DNA from: an uncultured Gammaproteobacteria bacterium | GTDB taxonomy: Bacteria > Patescibacteriota > Microgenomatia > JAMCZE01 | NCBI GenBank assembly: GCA_964641255.1 | Contig: CAZXMM010000001.1 | Coordinates: 873,890 to 937,889, forward strand | DNA length: 64,000 nt | Direction: 5' to 3' | In this document: piece after piece, positions 1 to 9,638 of the stretch | Numbering within the stretch: position 1 is the first letter of the stretch | Layout of the letters: each line of letters begins with the position of its first letter | The notes under the pieces: model-generated | What the model saw: only the letters and a program-made list of their open reading frames with translations | What the model was told of the DNA's origin: nothing | Databases searched by the model: none | Program-made: the position numbers and the translations under genes

Positions 1-504
1 GATATCTAATTTTTCCACGGTGTCATCGGTCCACTTTTGGATATCTTTTTCCCACCGTTTTTGAGTATCCTCATCCAGTTGTTCGCTTTTTAGTTCCTCT
101 AGAGTCTCGTGACGAATCTGCCTGGCCATGACTTTACCGCCCTCAGCCTTGCTCTTAGCGAGCTTGACATATTCTTCGCGCCTCTCTAAAGACAGAGCGG
201 GAATAATCACTCGGATTTGGTTATCGCTTTGAGTCGCGCTGACGCCCAAATTGGCTTCACCAATCGCTTTTTCGATCACTGAAAGATTGGTGATATCAAA
301 AGGAGTGACAACAAGAGTCGTGGGGTCAGCCACCATTATGGTCGCTAACTCGACTAGTTTCATCTTACTACCATAGGCATCCACCACTACCGCTTCAATA
401 AGTTGGGGTGAGGCCTTGCCGGTGCGAATGGTCGCCAGGTCACCTTTGACCAGCTCGACTACTTTGTGGAATTTTTGCTGGGACTGATTAATTAGTTGAT
501 CCAT
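1..504 (-). CDS. frr: ribosome recycling factor; start codon at 502-504, 3-prime end runs off window
   Basis: Minus-strand translation MDQLINQSQQKFHKVVELVKGDLATIRTGKASPQLIEAVVVDAYGSKMKLVELATI... matches the RRF family; lies directly downstream of tsf. Confidence 0.8.
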   Translation of the reverse strand, partial: MDQLINQSQQKFHKVVELVKGDLATIRTGKASPQLIEAVVVDAYGSKMKLVELATIMVADPTTLVVTPFDITNLSVIEKAIGEANLGVSATQSDNQIRVIIPALSLERREEYVKLAKSKAEGGKVMARQIRHETLEELKSEQLDEDTQKRWEKDIQKWTDDTVEKLDI

Positions 505-951
505 TTATATAGTGACGCGGCTGATAGCTCCCACTTTGATATTTTCACCAAGCTTACCGACCACTGCCTTTATCATATCAGAAATGGTGACTTTAGAGTC
601 ACGAATATATTCTTGTTTTAACAGTTCGTCTACTGTCTCGGCCTGCATCGAAGCTACTTGAAGAGCGAGCTCCTTGCCCAAATTAAGAAAGTCTTCCGTT
701 TTTGCTACGAAATCGGTTTCGCACTGCAGTGAAACGAGGACGCCAATTTTGCCGCCGTGAACATATGCGAAGACTTTTCCCTCGTGAGTTTCCCGGTCTG
801 CTTTCTTGGCCGCCCTCTCAATCCCCTTTTTCTTTAAAAACTCGGTGGCTTTTTCAAAATCACCTTGGGACTGATCCAGAGCTAGCCGGCAATCAGCAAT
901 CCCAGCGCCCGTATGTTCTCTTAATTTTTTGATATCATCAACACTCGCCAT
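505..951 (-). CDS. tsf: elongation factor Ts, short form (about 148 aa from MASVDD start)
   Basis: UBA-like N-terminus IKKLREHTGAGIADCRLAL and EF-Ts core; conserved rpsB-tsf-frr order. Confidence 0.8.
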   Translation of the reverse strand: MASVDDIKKLREHTGAGIADCRLALDQSQGDFEKATEFLKKKGIERAAKKADRETHEGKVFAYVHGGKIGVLVSLQCETDFVAKTEDFLNLGKELALQVASMQAETVDELLKQEYIRDSKVTISDMIKAVVGKLGENIKVGAISRVTI

Positions 952-998
952 AAAGTTAAAGATCCAAGAAGCAATAATCAAGAGACAAGTCCCTAGTG

Positions 999-1742
999 TT
1001 AGTTTGTTTCTTGGGTCTTGGTGTTTATATCTTCCTTTTGTCTCTCTGCCAGTCCCTCAAGCCATGCCTCGGCCAAATAGTCAATAATTATTTTCAGCGA
1101 GCCAACCGCATCGTCGTTGGCGGGAATAGCCTCGGTTATTCCGGTGGGATTAGTGTTCGTGTCAACGATGCCCAGAACCTTAACTCCGGTGGCTACTGCT
1201 TCTCTGACCGCTCCTTCTTCCTTGCGGACATCAACCAGAAAAATGGTGGACGGAGTTTTTTTAAGACCCACCAAACCCCCGTAGACCTTTTTGTATTTTT
1301 CAAGCTTTCTTGAGGCTAAGAGTTTTTCTTTTTTAGTAACAAAAGCATCGGCGGTGATTTGATTTTCCAAATTAACTATCTCGTCCAGATTATTGCGTTT
1401 AATAACCTCAAAATTAGTTAGTAGTCCTCCGGGCCAACGCTCCAGGAGATAAAAAAAGTTGTTGTCGTGAGCAGCCTCGTTAATCCGCAACAAAATAGCG
1501 TCCATAATCTCTCGGGCCTGCCTTTTGGTAGCCACAAAGATAATGGGCTCATTAGCTTTAGCTAGCTCTTTAAACAGCTTGGCCGTTGCCACCAGTCCAG
1601 CTTTAGTTTTGGCTAGGTCAATAATGTGGACGCCGTCCCGGTTACCATAAATATAGTCTGAAGCTTTGGGATTCCAGCGGTTAGTTTGGTGACCAAAATG
1701 GCAACCAGCTTCCAGAAGTTCCTTTAGTGAAATATCTTTCAT
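999..1742 (-). CDS. rpsB: 30S ribosomal protein S2
   Basis: MKDISLKELLEAGCHFGHQTNRWNPK... typical S2 N-terminus and length. Confidence 0.9.
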   Translation of the reverse strand: MKDISLKELLEAGCHFGHQTNRWNPKASDYIYGNRDGVHIIDLAKTKAGLVATAKLFKELAKANEPIIFVATKRQAREIMDAILLRINEAAHDNNFFYLLERWPGGLLTNFEVIKRNNLDEIVNLENQITADAFVTKKEKLLASRKLEKYKKVYGGLVGLKKTPSTIFLVDVRKEEGAVREAVATGVKVLGIVDTNTNPTGITEAIPANDDAVGSLKIIIDYLAEAWLEGLAERQKEDINTKTQETN

Positions 1743-1813
1743 ATGTTTAATCCCTTAATCCGCCATTCAGCAATAGGTATATATCAGGGATTCACGCTGA
1801 ATGTGAGTGATAG

Positions 1814-2602
1814 CTACATTGTAGCAGCCTCGAGTGTATTTTCCAAGAGTGAAACGACCGTCATGGGTCCGACCCCTCCTGGAACCGGAGTAATAAAAGA
1901 GGCGATTTTGGACACCTCACCAAAATCCACCTCCGCCTGGGGAGCACCACAGTCAATCACCACAGCACCCTTCTTAACCATGTCTTTGGTCACGAGCCCG
2001 GCCTGGCCGGTTGCTACTACTAAAATATCCGCCGCTTTAGTCAAAGCAATAAGTTCTTCACGGCTAGTAGCGTGGTCACATAAATTTAGCTTAGCTACCT
2101 GGTTTCTCACCGCTTCGCCCAGCGGATAACCGACGAGTTCTCCCTGGCCGACAATAGTCATTGTTGACGAGCTTAGATCAACTCCGACTGTAGCTAATAA
2201 ATCAAGGACCGCCCTAACGGTAGCCGGTAAAAAAAGTTTGCCCCGGCCCAAGCCATCGACGTCTTTGGCAGGCAAAACGGCATCTAAAAATTCTTGTTGA
2301 TCTGCCTCCAGGTGCTTAGGTAGAGGCAGCTGAAGAAGAATACCAGTGACACTTGGGTCAGTATTGAGCCGGGTAATGGTCTTTAGTAGTTCCTCCCGAC
2401 TGACTCCCTCAGTTAGAGAAATAATCTCACTCTCAATCCCGACCTCTAAAGCGCGTTTTTTCTTTAAAGTGACATAAGTCTGGCTAGCCCGATCCTGTCC
2501 CACTAAAACCGCCACCAGTTTAGGTTTGGTTTCCATGCTTTGTATCTTGTTTTTTAGATTTTTTAATTTCCGTGAGGCGATCTCTCTCCCGTCAATGGTC
2601 AT
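1814..2602 (-). CDS. folD: bifunctional methylenetetrahydrofolate dehydrogenase/cyclohydrolase
   Basis: MTIDGREIASRKL...LVAVLVGQDRASQTYV...GILLQLPLP; FolD family over full length. Confidence 0.9.
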   Translation of the reverse strand: MTIDGREIASRKLKNLKNKIQSMETKPKLVAVLVGQDRASQTYVTLKKKRALEVGIESEIISLTEGVSREELLKTITRLNTDPSVTGILLQLPLPKHLEADQQEFLDAVLPAKDVDGLGRGKLFLPATVRAVLDLLATVGVDLSSSTMTIVGQGELVGYPLGEAVRNQVAKLNLCDHATSREELIALTKAADILVVATGQAGLVTKDMVKKGAVVIDCGAPQAEVDFGEVSKIASFITPVPGGVGPMTVVSLLENTLEAATM

Positions 2603-2656
2603 ATTTTTAGTGTAATGTTAGATTGTAGAAATAACCAGCTCTGGCCATAGAAGCTG

Positions 2657-2863
2657 CTAACTGGATTCTTCAGTAGACGAATCTCCTTTTGTTTTTGGAG
2701 CTTGTTTGGCTCTAGACAGCCTGGCAGCTCGACGAATAGCCGCCAACAGCAAATTCTTTTTAACGTCCTTAGCTTTGGCAGAACCTTTCCCTTGTGTCAC
2801 TTGCGAGTCGACAACATAATTGCCGGCATTTTCAATATTTCTGCCCCCTTCGCTTCTAGGCAT
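2657..2863 (-). CDS. small basic hypothetical protein (68 aa)
   Basis: ORF only; Lys/Arg/Ala-rich; same strand as flanking folD/glyA. Confidence 0.3.
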   Translation of the reverse strand: MPRSEGGRNIENAGNYVVDSQVTQGKGSAKAKDVKKNLLLAAIRRAARLSRAKQAPKTKGDSSTEESS

Positions 2864-2938
2864 AGCAACTATTCACTAATAAATAATATTTAACAGATTA
2901 TACTATAAGATTACGGGTTTGGGTATCGTCCTGATTCT

Positions 2939-4264
2939 TTATTGAAATCTTTTCGTGAGTAATATAACTCGACTAGAGATGCCCTTAAGCTTAACACTTT
3001 CCTCTAATTCCCTTTGGGCAATCTGAAAAAACCTTGCTCTTTTTTCCTTGTCCTGCAAATCGTTCACATTATTGTATGGTTTCACCTCGGCAATGACCTC
3101 GGCAATCCAGGCGGCGATTTTTTTCATCTCTCTTTCTTTTAGTCCAAGAGTCGTAATCGCCGGAGTCCCCAGTCTCACTCCAGAACTATAAAACGGCGGA
3201 AAGATTTCCCCTGGGACGGTATTTTTGTTGGCCACAATGCCAGCCAGTTCCAAAGCATAGGCCACAATGTTGCCCATTTTCTTTTGCGCCCGCAGGTCAA
3301 TCACCAGCAAATGATTGTCAGTCCCTCCGGAAACCAAGTTTACTCCCCGCTTCATGAGTTCTTCCGAAAGCACTTTGGCGTTTTTGACAATTTGCTGTGA
3401 ATATCTTTTGAACGCTGGTGTGGCCGCTTCTTTGAGACAAACCGCAATGCCGGCAATGGTGTTGTTGTGTGGTCCACCTTGCAACCCAGGAATAATTGCC
3501 GAGTCAATTTTATCTCCCATCTTGGGATCCAGTTTCAATCCTTTTTCAGTCACCAAAATGAGTGCTCCTCTGGGGCCCCGCAGCGTTTTGTGAGTCGTGG
3601 CCATGATGACATGGGCGTAGGGAACGGGACTGGGGTGCACTCCGCCAACAATCAGTCCGGCAATATGGGAAACGTCGGCTAGTAATATTGCGCCTACTTT
3701 GTCAGCTATTTGGGCAAAGCACTTAAACTCCAACGTTCTGGGATAAGCCGTCGTCCCAGCGATAATCATTTTGGGTTTTTCTTGGAGAGCGAGTTTTTCA
3801 AGTTTGTCATAATCAATTCTTCCATCCTCTTCGACACTATACTGGACCGAATTAAATATTTTCCCTGAAAAGGTCACTTTGGGGTGACCATGAGTCAGGT
3901 GTCCGCCGGAAGACAGTGCCAAACCCATGATTTTGTCTCCTGGCTCAAGAAGGGCAAACATGATGGCACTATTGGCTGGAGACCCGGAGTAAGCTTGGAC
4001 ATTAGCGTAAGGCACACCAAAAAGCTTTTTTGCTCTATCAATAGCGAGTTGTTCCACTTCATCCACCACTTTGTTTCCCTGATAGTAACGCTTACGAGGA
4101 TAACCCTCTGAGTATTTATCGGTAAGTACTGAAGATAAGGTTTCCCTCACTGCGAATGAAGCAAAGTTTTCTGATGGGATCATCTCAAGGACAGATTTCT
4201 GACGCTTTTCCTCAGCCGCTATGAGTTTGGCAATTTGTGGATCAACTTGTTTAAGTTTTTTCAT
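2939..4264 (-). CDS. glyA: serine hydroxymethyltransferase
   Basis: SGGHLTHGHPKVTFSGK... and ATTHKTLRGPRGALIL PLP-lysine region; 441 aa. Confidence 0.9.
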   Translation of the reverse strand: MKKLKQVDPQIAKLIAAEEKRQKSVLEMIPSENFASFAVRETLSSVLTDKYSEGYPRKRYYQGNKVVDEVEQLAIDRAKKLFGVPYANVQAYSGSPANSAIMFALLEPGDKIMGLALSSGGHLTHGHPKVTFSGKIFNSVQYSVEEDGRIDYDKLEKLALQEKPKMIIAGTTAYPRTLEFKCFAQIADKVGAILLADVSHIAGLIVGGVHPSPVPYAHVIMATTHKTLRGPRGALILVTEKGLKLDPKMGDKIDSAIIPGLQGGPHNNTIAGIAVCLKEAATPAFKRYSQQIVKNAKVLSEELMKRGVNLVSGGTDNHLLVIDLRAQKKMGNIVAYALELAGIVANKNTVPGEIFPPFYSSGVRLGTPAITTLGLKEREMKKIAAWIAEVIAEVKPYNNVNDLQDKEKRARFFQIAQRELEESVKLKGISSRVILLTKRFQ

Positions 4265-4913
4265 TAGTTTTTTCCTTAACCAATTCTAACACAAGTCGGT
4301 AAACGTCTTCGTGCACCGTGAGTACTTCCCGGTCACCATTGACCGCTTTAACAATTCGCGGAAACTTTTTAACCAGGAAACGCTCTCCCTCTTTGACCCG
4401 CTTGTAGAAAGCGGTACCAAGAGTTTCTAACCGATCCCCCTCACCATCTGACAGGCGACTTAGGCACTTCTTCATTGGGACGTCAAGAAGAATAACTTTA
4501 TACGGCCACATATCCCCGACAGCAATTTTGTTAATTTCCATTACCGTCTTAAATCCCAATTTATGACCAAAGCCCTGATTGGCAATACTTGTAAAAAAAG
4601 ACCTGTCTGCAATTACTATGCCTCCCTTATCAAGGTTAGGTCGGACAACTCTTCTTAAAGTCTGGGCTCTCGAAGATGCGTAGAGATATTGCTCGCAAAT
4701 CGGTTCGATGACCTCATCAAAGTTTGTCCCTTGGACGACTTTTCTGATATGGTCAGCAATCTCTGATCCACCGGGTTCTTTGGTAACAACAATTAGCTTT
4801 TTAGGAAACTCCTTTTTAAGTCGGTCGGCCAAAAGTTTGACCTGGGTACTTTTGCCGGATCCCACCATACCTTCAAAAACGATATAGAGTCCTTTTTTCG
4901 CTTTAGCTTTCAT
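4251..4913 (-). CDS. tmk: thymidylate kinase
   Basis: P-loop YIVFEGMVGSGKSTQ, TKEPGGS, DRSFFTSIANQG, LLDV lid region as in dTMP kinases. Confidence 0.75.
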   Translation of the reverse strand: MKAKAKKGLYIVFEGMVGSGKSTQVKLLADRLKKEFPKKLIVVTKEPGGSEIADHIRKVVQGTNFDEVIEPICEQYLYASSRAQTLRRVVRPNLDKGGIVIADRSFFTSIANQGFGHKLGFKTVMEINKIAVGDMWPYKVILLDVPMKKCLSRLSDGEGDRLETLGTAFYKRVKEGERFLVKKFPRIVKAVNGDREVLTVHEDVYRLVLELVKEKTNEKT

Positions 4914-5500
4914 GTTTTTTTGATCATCCTTTTTTTAACCGCTTCTTTTTTCAACTCTTCATAATAGTTCATTAAGGTTTGACTGAATACTAACTTGTCA
5001 GCTAGTAAACTGTCGAGGTGACTGGTGGTTCCCTTGACATCGTGCCAGGCTTGTTTAGTAATCATTCTTTGAATCACGCCGCTGATCTTATCCATCGCTC
5101 GCACCGTTTTGGCCTCCAGAGTTTTCAGCGCCTCGAATTCTGTCCAAAGACTGGTGAATTCTTTTTTTAAGGCAGGGGGTAAAGTGCTAAAAAACTTTCT
5201 GGCTGCTTTATCCTCTTTTGCTTCCTTCTTTTTTCGCAGCACGGGATCAAAAATGGAAGCATCGCCAACTACAATCTCCACTAGATCGTGCATGAGAGCC
5301 ATCTTGATCATTTTGTTAAGATCCAATTTTTTTCCAAATTCTTTTTCCAAAGTTCCTGCCAGCAACCAGCACATCATTCCCACCGACCAACTGTGTTCCG
5401 CAGCATTTTCTAATCTTCCCACCGACCCATTAACTGCCCTGTTAACGTCTTTGAGTTTATTTGTGTCCCAAATGAACTTTTTTAAATTTTTTGACAGCAT
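4910..5500 (-). CDS. HD-domain phosphohydrolase, YfbR-like 5-prime-deoxynucleotidase
   Basis: ENAAEHSWSVGMMCWLLAG ... MALMHDLVEIVVGD HD motif arrangement as in YfbR. Confidence 0.65.
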   Translation of the reverse strand: MLSKNLKKFIWDTNKLKDVNRAVNGSVGRLENAAEHSWSVGMMCWLLAGTLEKEFGKKLDLNKMIKMALMHDLVEIVVGDASIFDPVLRKKKEAKEDKAARKFFSTLPPALKKEFTSLWTEFEALKTLEAKTVRAMDKISGVIQRMITKQAWHDVKGTTSHLDSLLADKLVFSQTLMNYYEELKKEAVKKRMIKKT

Positions 5501-5503
5501 AGA

Positions 5504-7315
5504 TTAATTTTTGATTCCCAGCTCGGTCTTTTTCCGTTCAATTTTCTTTTCTGACTCGCGGCGGGCTAAAGTGTAGTTACTGTTATCTACTAACAGCCCG
5601 GCAAAAACCAGGGGGGAGGACTGAGTGGCCAGTCTAGCTATCTTTTGACAGAGCATTCTATAAAACGGCCTGCCCTGGGGACCGGTGCGCAGTTCCACCA
5701 TCCAGTAAATTTCTCTCGCCGTCAGATTCATATACCAATGTTGAATGTAGCCAAAAGGCACCACATACTGAGCGAGATAGGGTGACACTTTGGACAAGTG
5801 ATCGTAGAGTTTGGCCGCCCTCTTTAACACCGTCTCGATCTCTTTTTTAAATGGCGACTCCTGCACTTCTTTTTCCAGATCAAACCCCCACTTGGTAGTG
5901 AACAGTTGTCTATCCTGAGTGTTCATCCGGTGACGGTGTAAATCTCGGTAGTCCCCGCCCCGGCCCCACAATTCAAAAAAATAGTTAGCGTTTTCAAACG
6001 CCCGTGGCACCTTTCTAAACCGATCAGAGAAGCGCTCGGGAATTTTTTTCCCCAAACTACGTTCTTTAAAAATCGCTTGAAAAAATTCTGCCTTTTGTTT
6101 CTGGGAAAGCTTTTTGACTGCTTTTTTGACCTCTGACAACTGGGCTAGTGTCTCCCCTGTTCCTAAAAAAGAAGTCAGTATCATGTCCTCTGGAGTGTTT
6201 GATAGAGAGAGAAGTTTGACCCACTGGCCCTTAAAAATGGGTGCTCTTTGACTAACTTTTAACTGCTTTTGCAGCTGTGCTTTGAGGATCCTTAGATTGG
6301 CCTTAAAGTACTGTACCTGCGCCCCTCTTTCGGTTTTGGACCTCGTCACAAAAGATGGAACCACCAGTTCTAGTTCAGCAGCTATTGCTTGGCCCCAAAA
6401 TCTTAGCTCGCCTAAGGGATGAGTGATGAGTTTGTTGATTAAGTCCTCATAAACCCGGCCGTTACCACTAAGGGCAACGTTAGTCTTAGTCGCAAACGGC
6501 AGTAAATCACGGATGTCATCAAAACGTTTGGCCCCGCGGGAATTTTTAAATGATCCTGGGGTTTCGTCGCTGCCTTGAGGGTAGCGCTCCATAATGTAGC
6601 TTAGATAGGGCTCAGCTATTTGGGTATAGGTTTTGAATAAATCATTCATGCACCTCCTATATTGCCTCTCCCATTTGGTCTTTTTGATTTCTCCTGGGAC
6701 CAAATACTTAAATGACCCGTCTCGTTCTTTGTCAAAGAAAGAAACATAGCGAGTTGATTTCTCAATTAGAGATAAGCCAATTCGTTTATCCACAATTTCT
6801 TGCAGGGCCACATTGGAAATTCCCTCAAGACATAGATGCACCGTCCCCATTTCAGCAATTGAGTCGTCCCCATAATCGGCGAGCCACTTATCAAAAAACT
6901 TTCTGGCGCGCTGCACATTAGCCACTGACTCTACTCCGCCGTTTTTGTTGATAAAGGAAATATAGGCCAGAAATTTCCGCTTCGTCGACTGGCGCAATTT
7001 TTTTTCTGCTGGGGAAATTTCATTCCAGTCCTTTTCGTTTTCTGGAAAAATAATTGGGCCAACGTATTCATCTAAAAACATTCGCCTCAAACTTTTGGTT
7101 GAGCGACTGTAGCGAGATGACAGAGCCCCGATGACCTCCTCTGGCAGATGAGACACCACAAACAGTGGCCGATCAACATTACTAAAAAACGGGAAAAGAA
7201 ATTTTTTCTCCGTTCGAGTAAATGGTTCAGGAGAAAAAGCTGGCGCGTATTTTTTGCAATCTTCGTCGATTGGCAAAATTGTCAGTTGATAACTGCGCTT
7301 AGCTTTTTTTGGCAT
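5504..7315 (-). CDS. long (603 aa) ThyX-like flavin-dependent thymidylate synthase family protein
   Basis: ThyX-like blocks: ...DKRIGLSLIEKSTRYVSF (cf RHRx7S..RY) and NGRVYEDLINKLITHPLGELRFWGQAIAAEL (cf NaRsL.nFlnlR...aqwEi); a second RHR at LHRHRMNTQ; lies between tmk/HD nucleotidase and dcd. Confidence 0.5.
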   Translation of the reverse strand: MPKKAKRSYQLTILPIDEDCKKYAPAFSPEPFTRTEKKFLFPFFSNVDRPLFVVSHLPEEVIGALSSRYSRSTKSLRRMFLDEYVGPIIFPENEKDWNEISPAEKKLRQSTKRKFLAYISFINKNGGVESVANVQRARKFFDKWLADYGDDSIAEMGTVHLCLEGISNVALQEIVDKRIGLSLIEKSTRYVSFFDKERDGSFKYLVPGEIKKTKWERQYRRCMNDLFKTYTQIAEPYLSYIMERYPQGSDETPGSFKNSRGAKRFDDIRDLLPFATKTNVALSGNGRVYEDLINKLITHPLGELRFWGQAIAAELELVVPSFVTRSKTERGAQVQYFKANLRILKAQLQKQLKVSQRAPIFKGQWVKLLSLSNTPEDMILTSFLGTGETLAQLSEVKKAVKKLSQKQKAEFFQAIFKERSLGKKIPERFSDRFRKVPRAFENANYFFELWGRGGDYRDLHRHRMNTQDRQLFTTKWGFDLEKEVQESPFKKEIETVLKRAAKLYDHLSKVSPYLAQYVVPFGYIQHWYMNLTAREIYWMVELRTGPQGRPFYRMLCQKIARLATQSSPLVFAGLLVDNSNYTLARRESEKKIERKKTELGIKN

Positions 7316-7910
7316 TGGTTTTTGGTGAAGTAACCTTTCTTACCCCGCGTACAAATTCACGAAACAGCCGTGATTCAGTTGGGCCAGACTGACCCTGGTA
7401 TTTGCTACCCAGCTCTCTAGAACCATAAGGACGGTCAGCAGGAGTCGAGAGAAAATGGAAACTCATCTGCCCTATCTTCATCCCGGGATAAAGAGCAATG
7501 GGAATGTTAGCCAGATTGGACATCTCTAAAGTTCCGGTTCCCCGAAAACCTGGGTCAAAATAGCCGGCGGTCGCGTGCACCACGATACCTAGTCGCGCCA
7601 GACTGCTTTTGCCCTCTAGCCTACCGACCAGGTCGCTTGGAAATTCAAAGTATTCCATGGTTTCTCCCAAAATAAACTCACCAGGGTGGATGATTAAGGG
7701 TTCGTCGTCTTTTAACTTAACTAGCTCCATAAAATCATCGACGGGATGGCGAACATCCAAAAACGCTTTTTTAGTATTTCGGAAAATGCGAAATGTATTA
7801 GCCAGCCTTAAGTTGTAAGAACTGGGTTGGATGAGTTCTGGTTTAAAGGGAGCAATGATTAGTTTTTTGCTTTTAACCAACTCCTTGATTGACCGATCAG
7901 AAAGTACCAT
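7299..7910 (-). CDS. dcd: dCTP deaminase
   Basis: IQPSSYNLRL, GRLEGKSSLARLGIVVH motifs of the dCTP deaminase/dUTPase fold. Confidence 0.85.
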   Translation of the reverse strand: MVLSDRSIKELVKSKKLIIAPFKPELIQPSSYNLRLANTFRIFRNTKKAFLDVRHPVDDFMELVKLKDDEPLIIHPGEFILGETMEYFEFPSDLVGRLEGKSSLARLGIVVHATAGYFDPGFRGTGTLEMSNLANIPIALYPGMKIGQMSFHFLSTPADRPYGSRELGSKYQGQSGPTESRLFREFVRGVRKVTSPKTNAKKS

Positions 7911-7913
7911 TTT

Positions 7914-9599
7914 CTATATTGATTTAGCTAATTTTGTTTCGGATTGCTCGAGAAAGTTTAAAAAGAGAGGGTGAGGTGATAAGGGCCTTGACTGTAACTC
8001 CGGATGATACTGTGTGGCCACGAAAAAGGGGTGGTTAGCAATCTCAATAGCTTCTACCAGTTTTCCGTCAGGCGATTCGCCGGAAATAATTAAACCAGCT
8101 TTCTCGAGTCTGGCCCTAAAGGCATTATTAAATTCATACCGATGACGGTGTCGCTCCAGTATTGTTTTACCAACAACATACTCTTTTGCGAACTGTGCAT
8201 ACTTTTTATAACTCTTGGCAAGCTGTTTTCCTTTTGGTGAGATTTTGGTAGGCCATTGCCCCAAACGAATCGTGCCACCATACTGCTTCTTTGCTAAATA
8301 GGCGGCTTGGTCGGGCATGATATGAACCACAGGAAACTTGGTTTTGGGATCAGCCTCAGTAGTATTAGCCCCTTTCATCCCCAAGACATTCCTAGCAAAT
8401 TCAATGACCGCCATTTGCATGCCAAAACACAGTCCCAGATAAGGGAGCTTATTTTCCCTCGCGTACTGAATGGCCCGGATTTTCCCCTCTACTCCCCGAC
8501 TACCCCACCCCTGAGGAACGATGAGACCCGAGATTCCACTAAACAGCCTGGTCACCTCTTGGTCAGTCTTGTTTTCTAAATCGTCAGTGTTAATCCAGCG
8601 GAGCTTTGGCTTAAGACCCAAATTAATGCCGGCGTGTTTAATGGCCTCGGTAACACAAACATAGGAATCGGCTAGATTAAATTCCCCGGATTTATAATAC
8701 TTGGCGGCGATGGCAATCTCCACGGTTTTTAAATTAGGCTGCTTACTTCTAGTCACAAACCCTTGCCAGTCTTTAAGATTCGCTTTGGCAATTTTTAACC
8801 CCAAAATTTTTAAGACGGCTTCGTCGATGGTCTGTTGACTATTGTTCAGAAGGAGGGGTATTTCATAGACACTCTCCACATCAGGAGCCCCAAAGATATT
8901 TTCCGGCCTGACACTAGTAAATAACGCCAGTCTGGCTAACCGCCTCGTATCGATTGGTTTTTCCGACCGAGCGACTAAGATATCCGGGTGAATACCCATC
9001 CCGTTTAAAATATGAACTGAGGTTTGGGCTGGTTTACTTTTCAGCTCTCCTAGACTAGCAATTAGTGGCAGATAGGTCACATGGATATGGCCCACATCAC
9101 CGGGATTTTTTAAAGTTAGGATTCTGCTGGCCTCGAAAAATATTCCATTTTGGTACTCGCCCACGGTTCCACCCAGTTCTACCAGTACAATATCGGCTCT
9201 TTTTTCCTTGCCAGCCTCCTTGATCCGCCTGATAATTTCATCAGTAACATGAGGCACAGCTTCGACGTCTTCGCCTTCGTATTCGAGGGCTCGTTCCTTA
9301 CGGATCACCTCCTGATAAATCTGGCCAGTAGTAATATAGTTGGCCCGAGACATATTCTCGTTTAAATACCGCTCGTAATGACCCAGGTCTTCGTCGGCCT
9401 CTAACCCGTCAGTCGTGACAAATGTCTCACCATGTTCCAGAGGTCTGATTGTCCCAGCATCAACGTTTAGATACATGTCGATCTTAACTGGAGCTACGGT
9501 GTAACCACGAGACTTTAACAGAAGCGCTAGGGAGGCTGAAGTTATACCTTTTCCCAGACCAGAGATTACTCCGCCAGATACAAAAATAAACTTCATCAA
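7914..9599 (-). CDS. pyrG: CTP synthase
   Basis: MKFIFVSGGVISGLGKGITSASLALLLK N-terminal synthetase domain plus C-terminal glutamine amidotransferase (GLCFGMQ). Confidence 0.9.
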   Translation of the reverse strand: MMKFIFVSGGVISGLGKGITSASLALLLKSRGYTVAPVKIDMYLNVDAGTIRPLEHGETFVTTDGLEADEDLGHYERYLNENMSRANYITTGQIYQEVIRKERALEYEGEDVEAVPHVTDEIIRRIKEAGKEKRADIVLVELGGTVGEYQNGIFFEASRILTLKNPGDVGHIHVTYLPLIASLGELKSKPAQTSVHILNGMGIHPDILVARSEKPIDTRRLARLALFTSVRPENIFGAPDVESVYEIPLLLNNSQQTIDEAVLKILGLKIAKANLKDWQGFVTRSKQPNLKTVEIAIAAKYYKSGEFNLADSYVCVTEAIKHAGINLGLKPKLRWINTDDLENKTDQEVTRLFSGISGLIVPQGWGSRGVEGKIRAIQYARENKLPYLGLCFGMQMAVIEFARNVLGMKGANTTEADPKTKFPVVHIMPDQAAYLAKKQYGGTIRLGQWPTKISPKGKQLAKSYKKYAQFAKEYVVGKTILERHRHRYEFNNAFRARLEKAGLIISGESPDGKLVEAIEIANHPFFVATQYHPELQSRPLSPHPLFLNFLEQSETKLAKSI

Positions 9600-9638
9600 G
9601 AAAGAAAATTAACAGAGAGTGAGAACTTACACAAGAGA

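Noticed and set aside
702-2129. Antisense or shadow ORFs (702..932, 996..1313, 1743..2129) and the many similar 60-130-aa ORFs overlapping well-supported genes throughout the window
   Set aside because: Each lies on the opposite strand or an alternative frame of a confidently identified conserved gene. This is typical of GC-rich codon-position artefacts, and none carries a motif.
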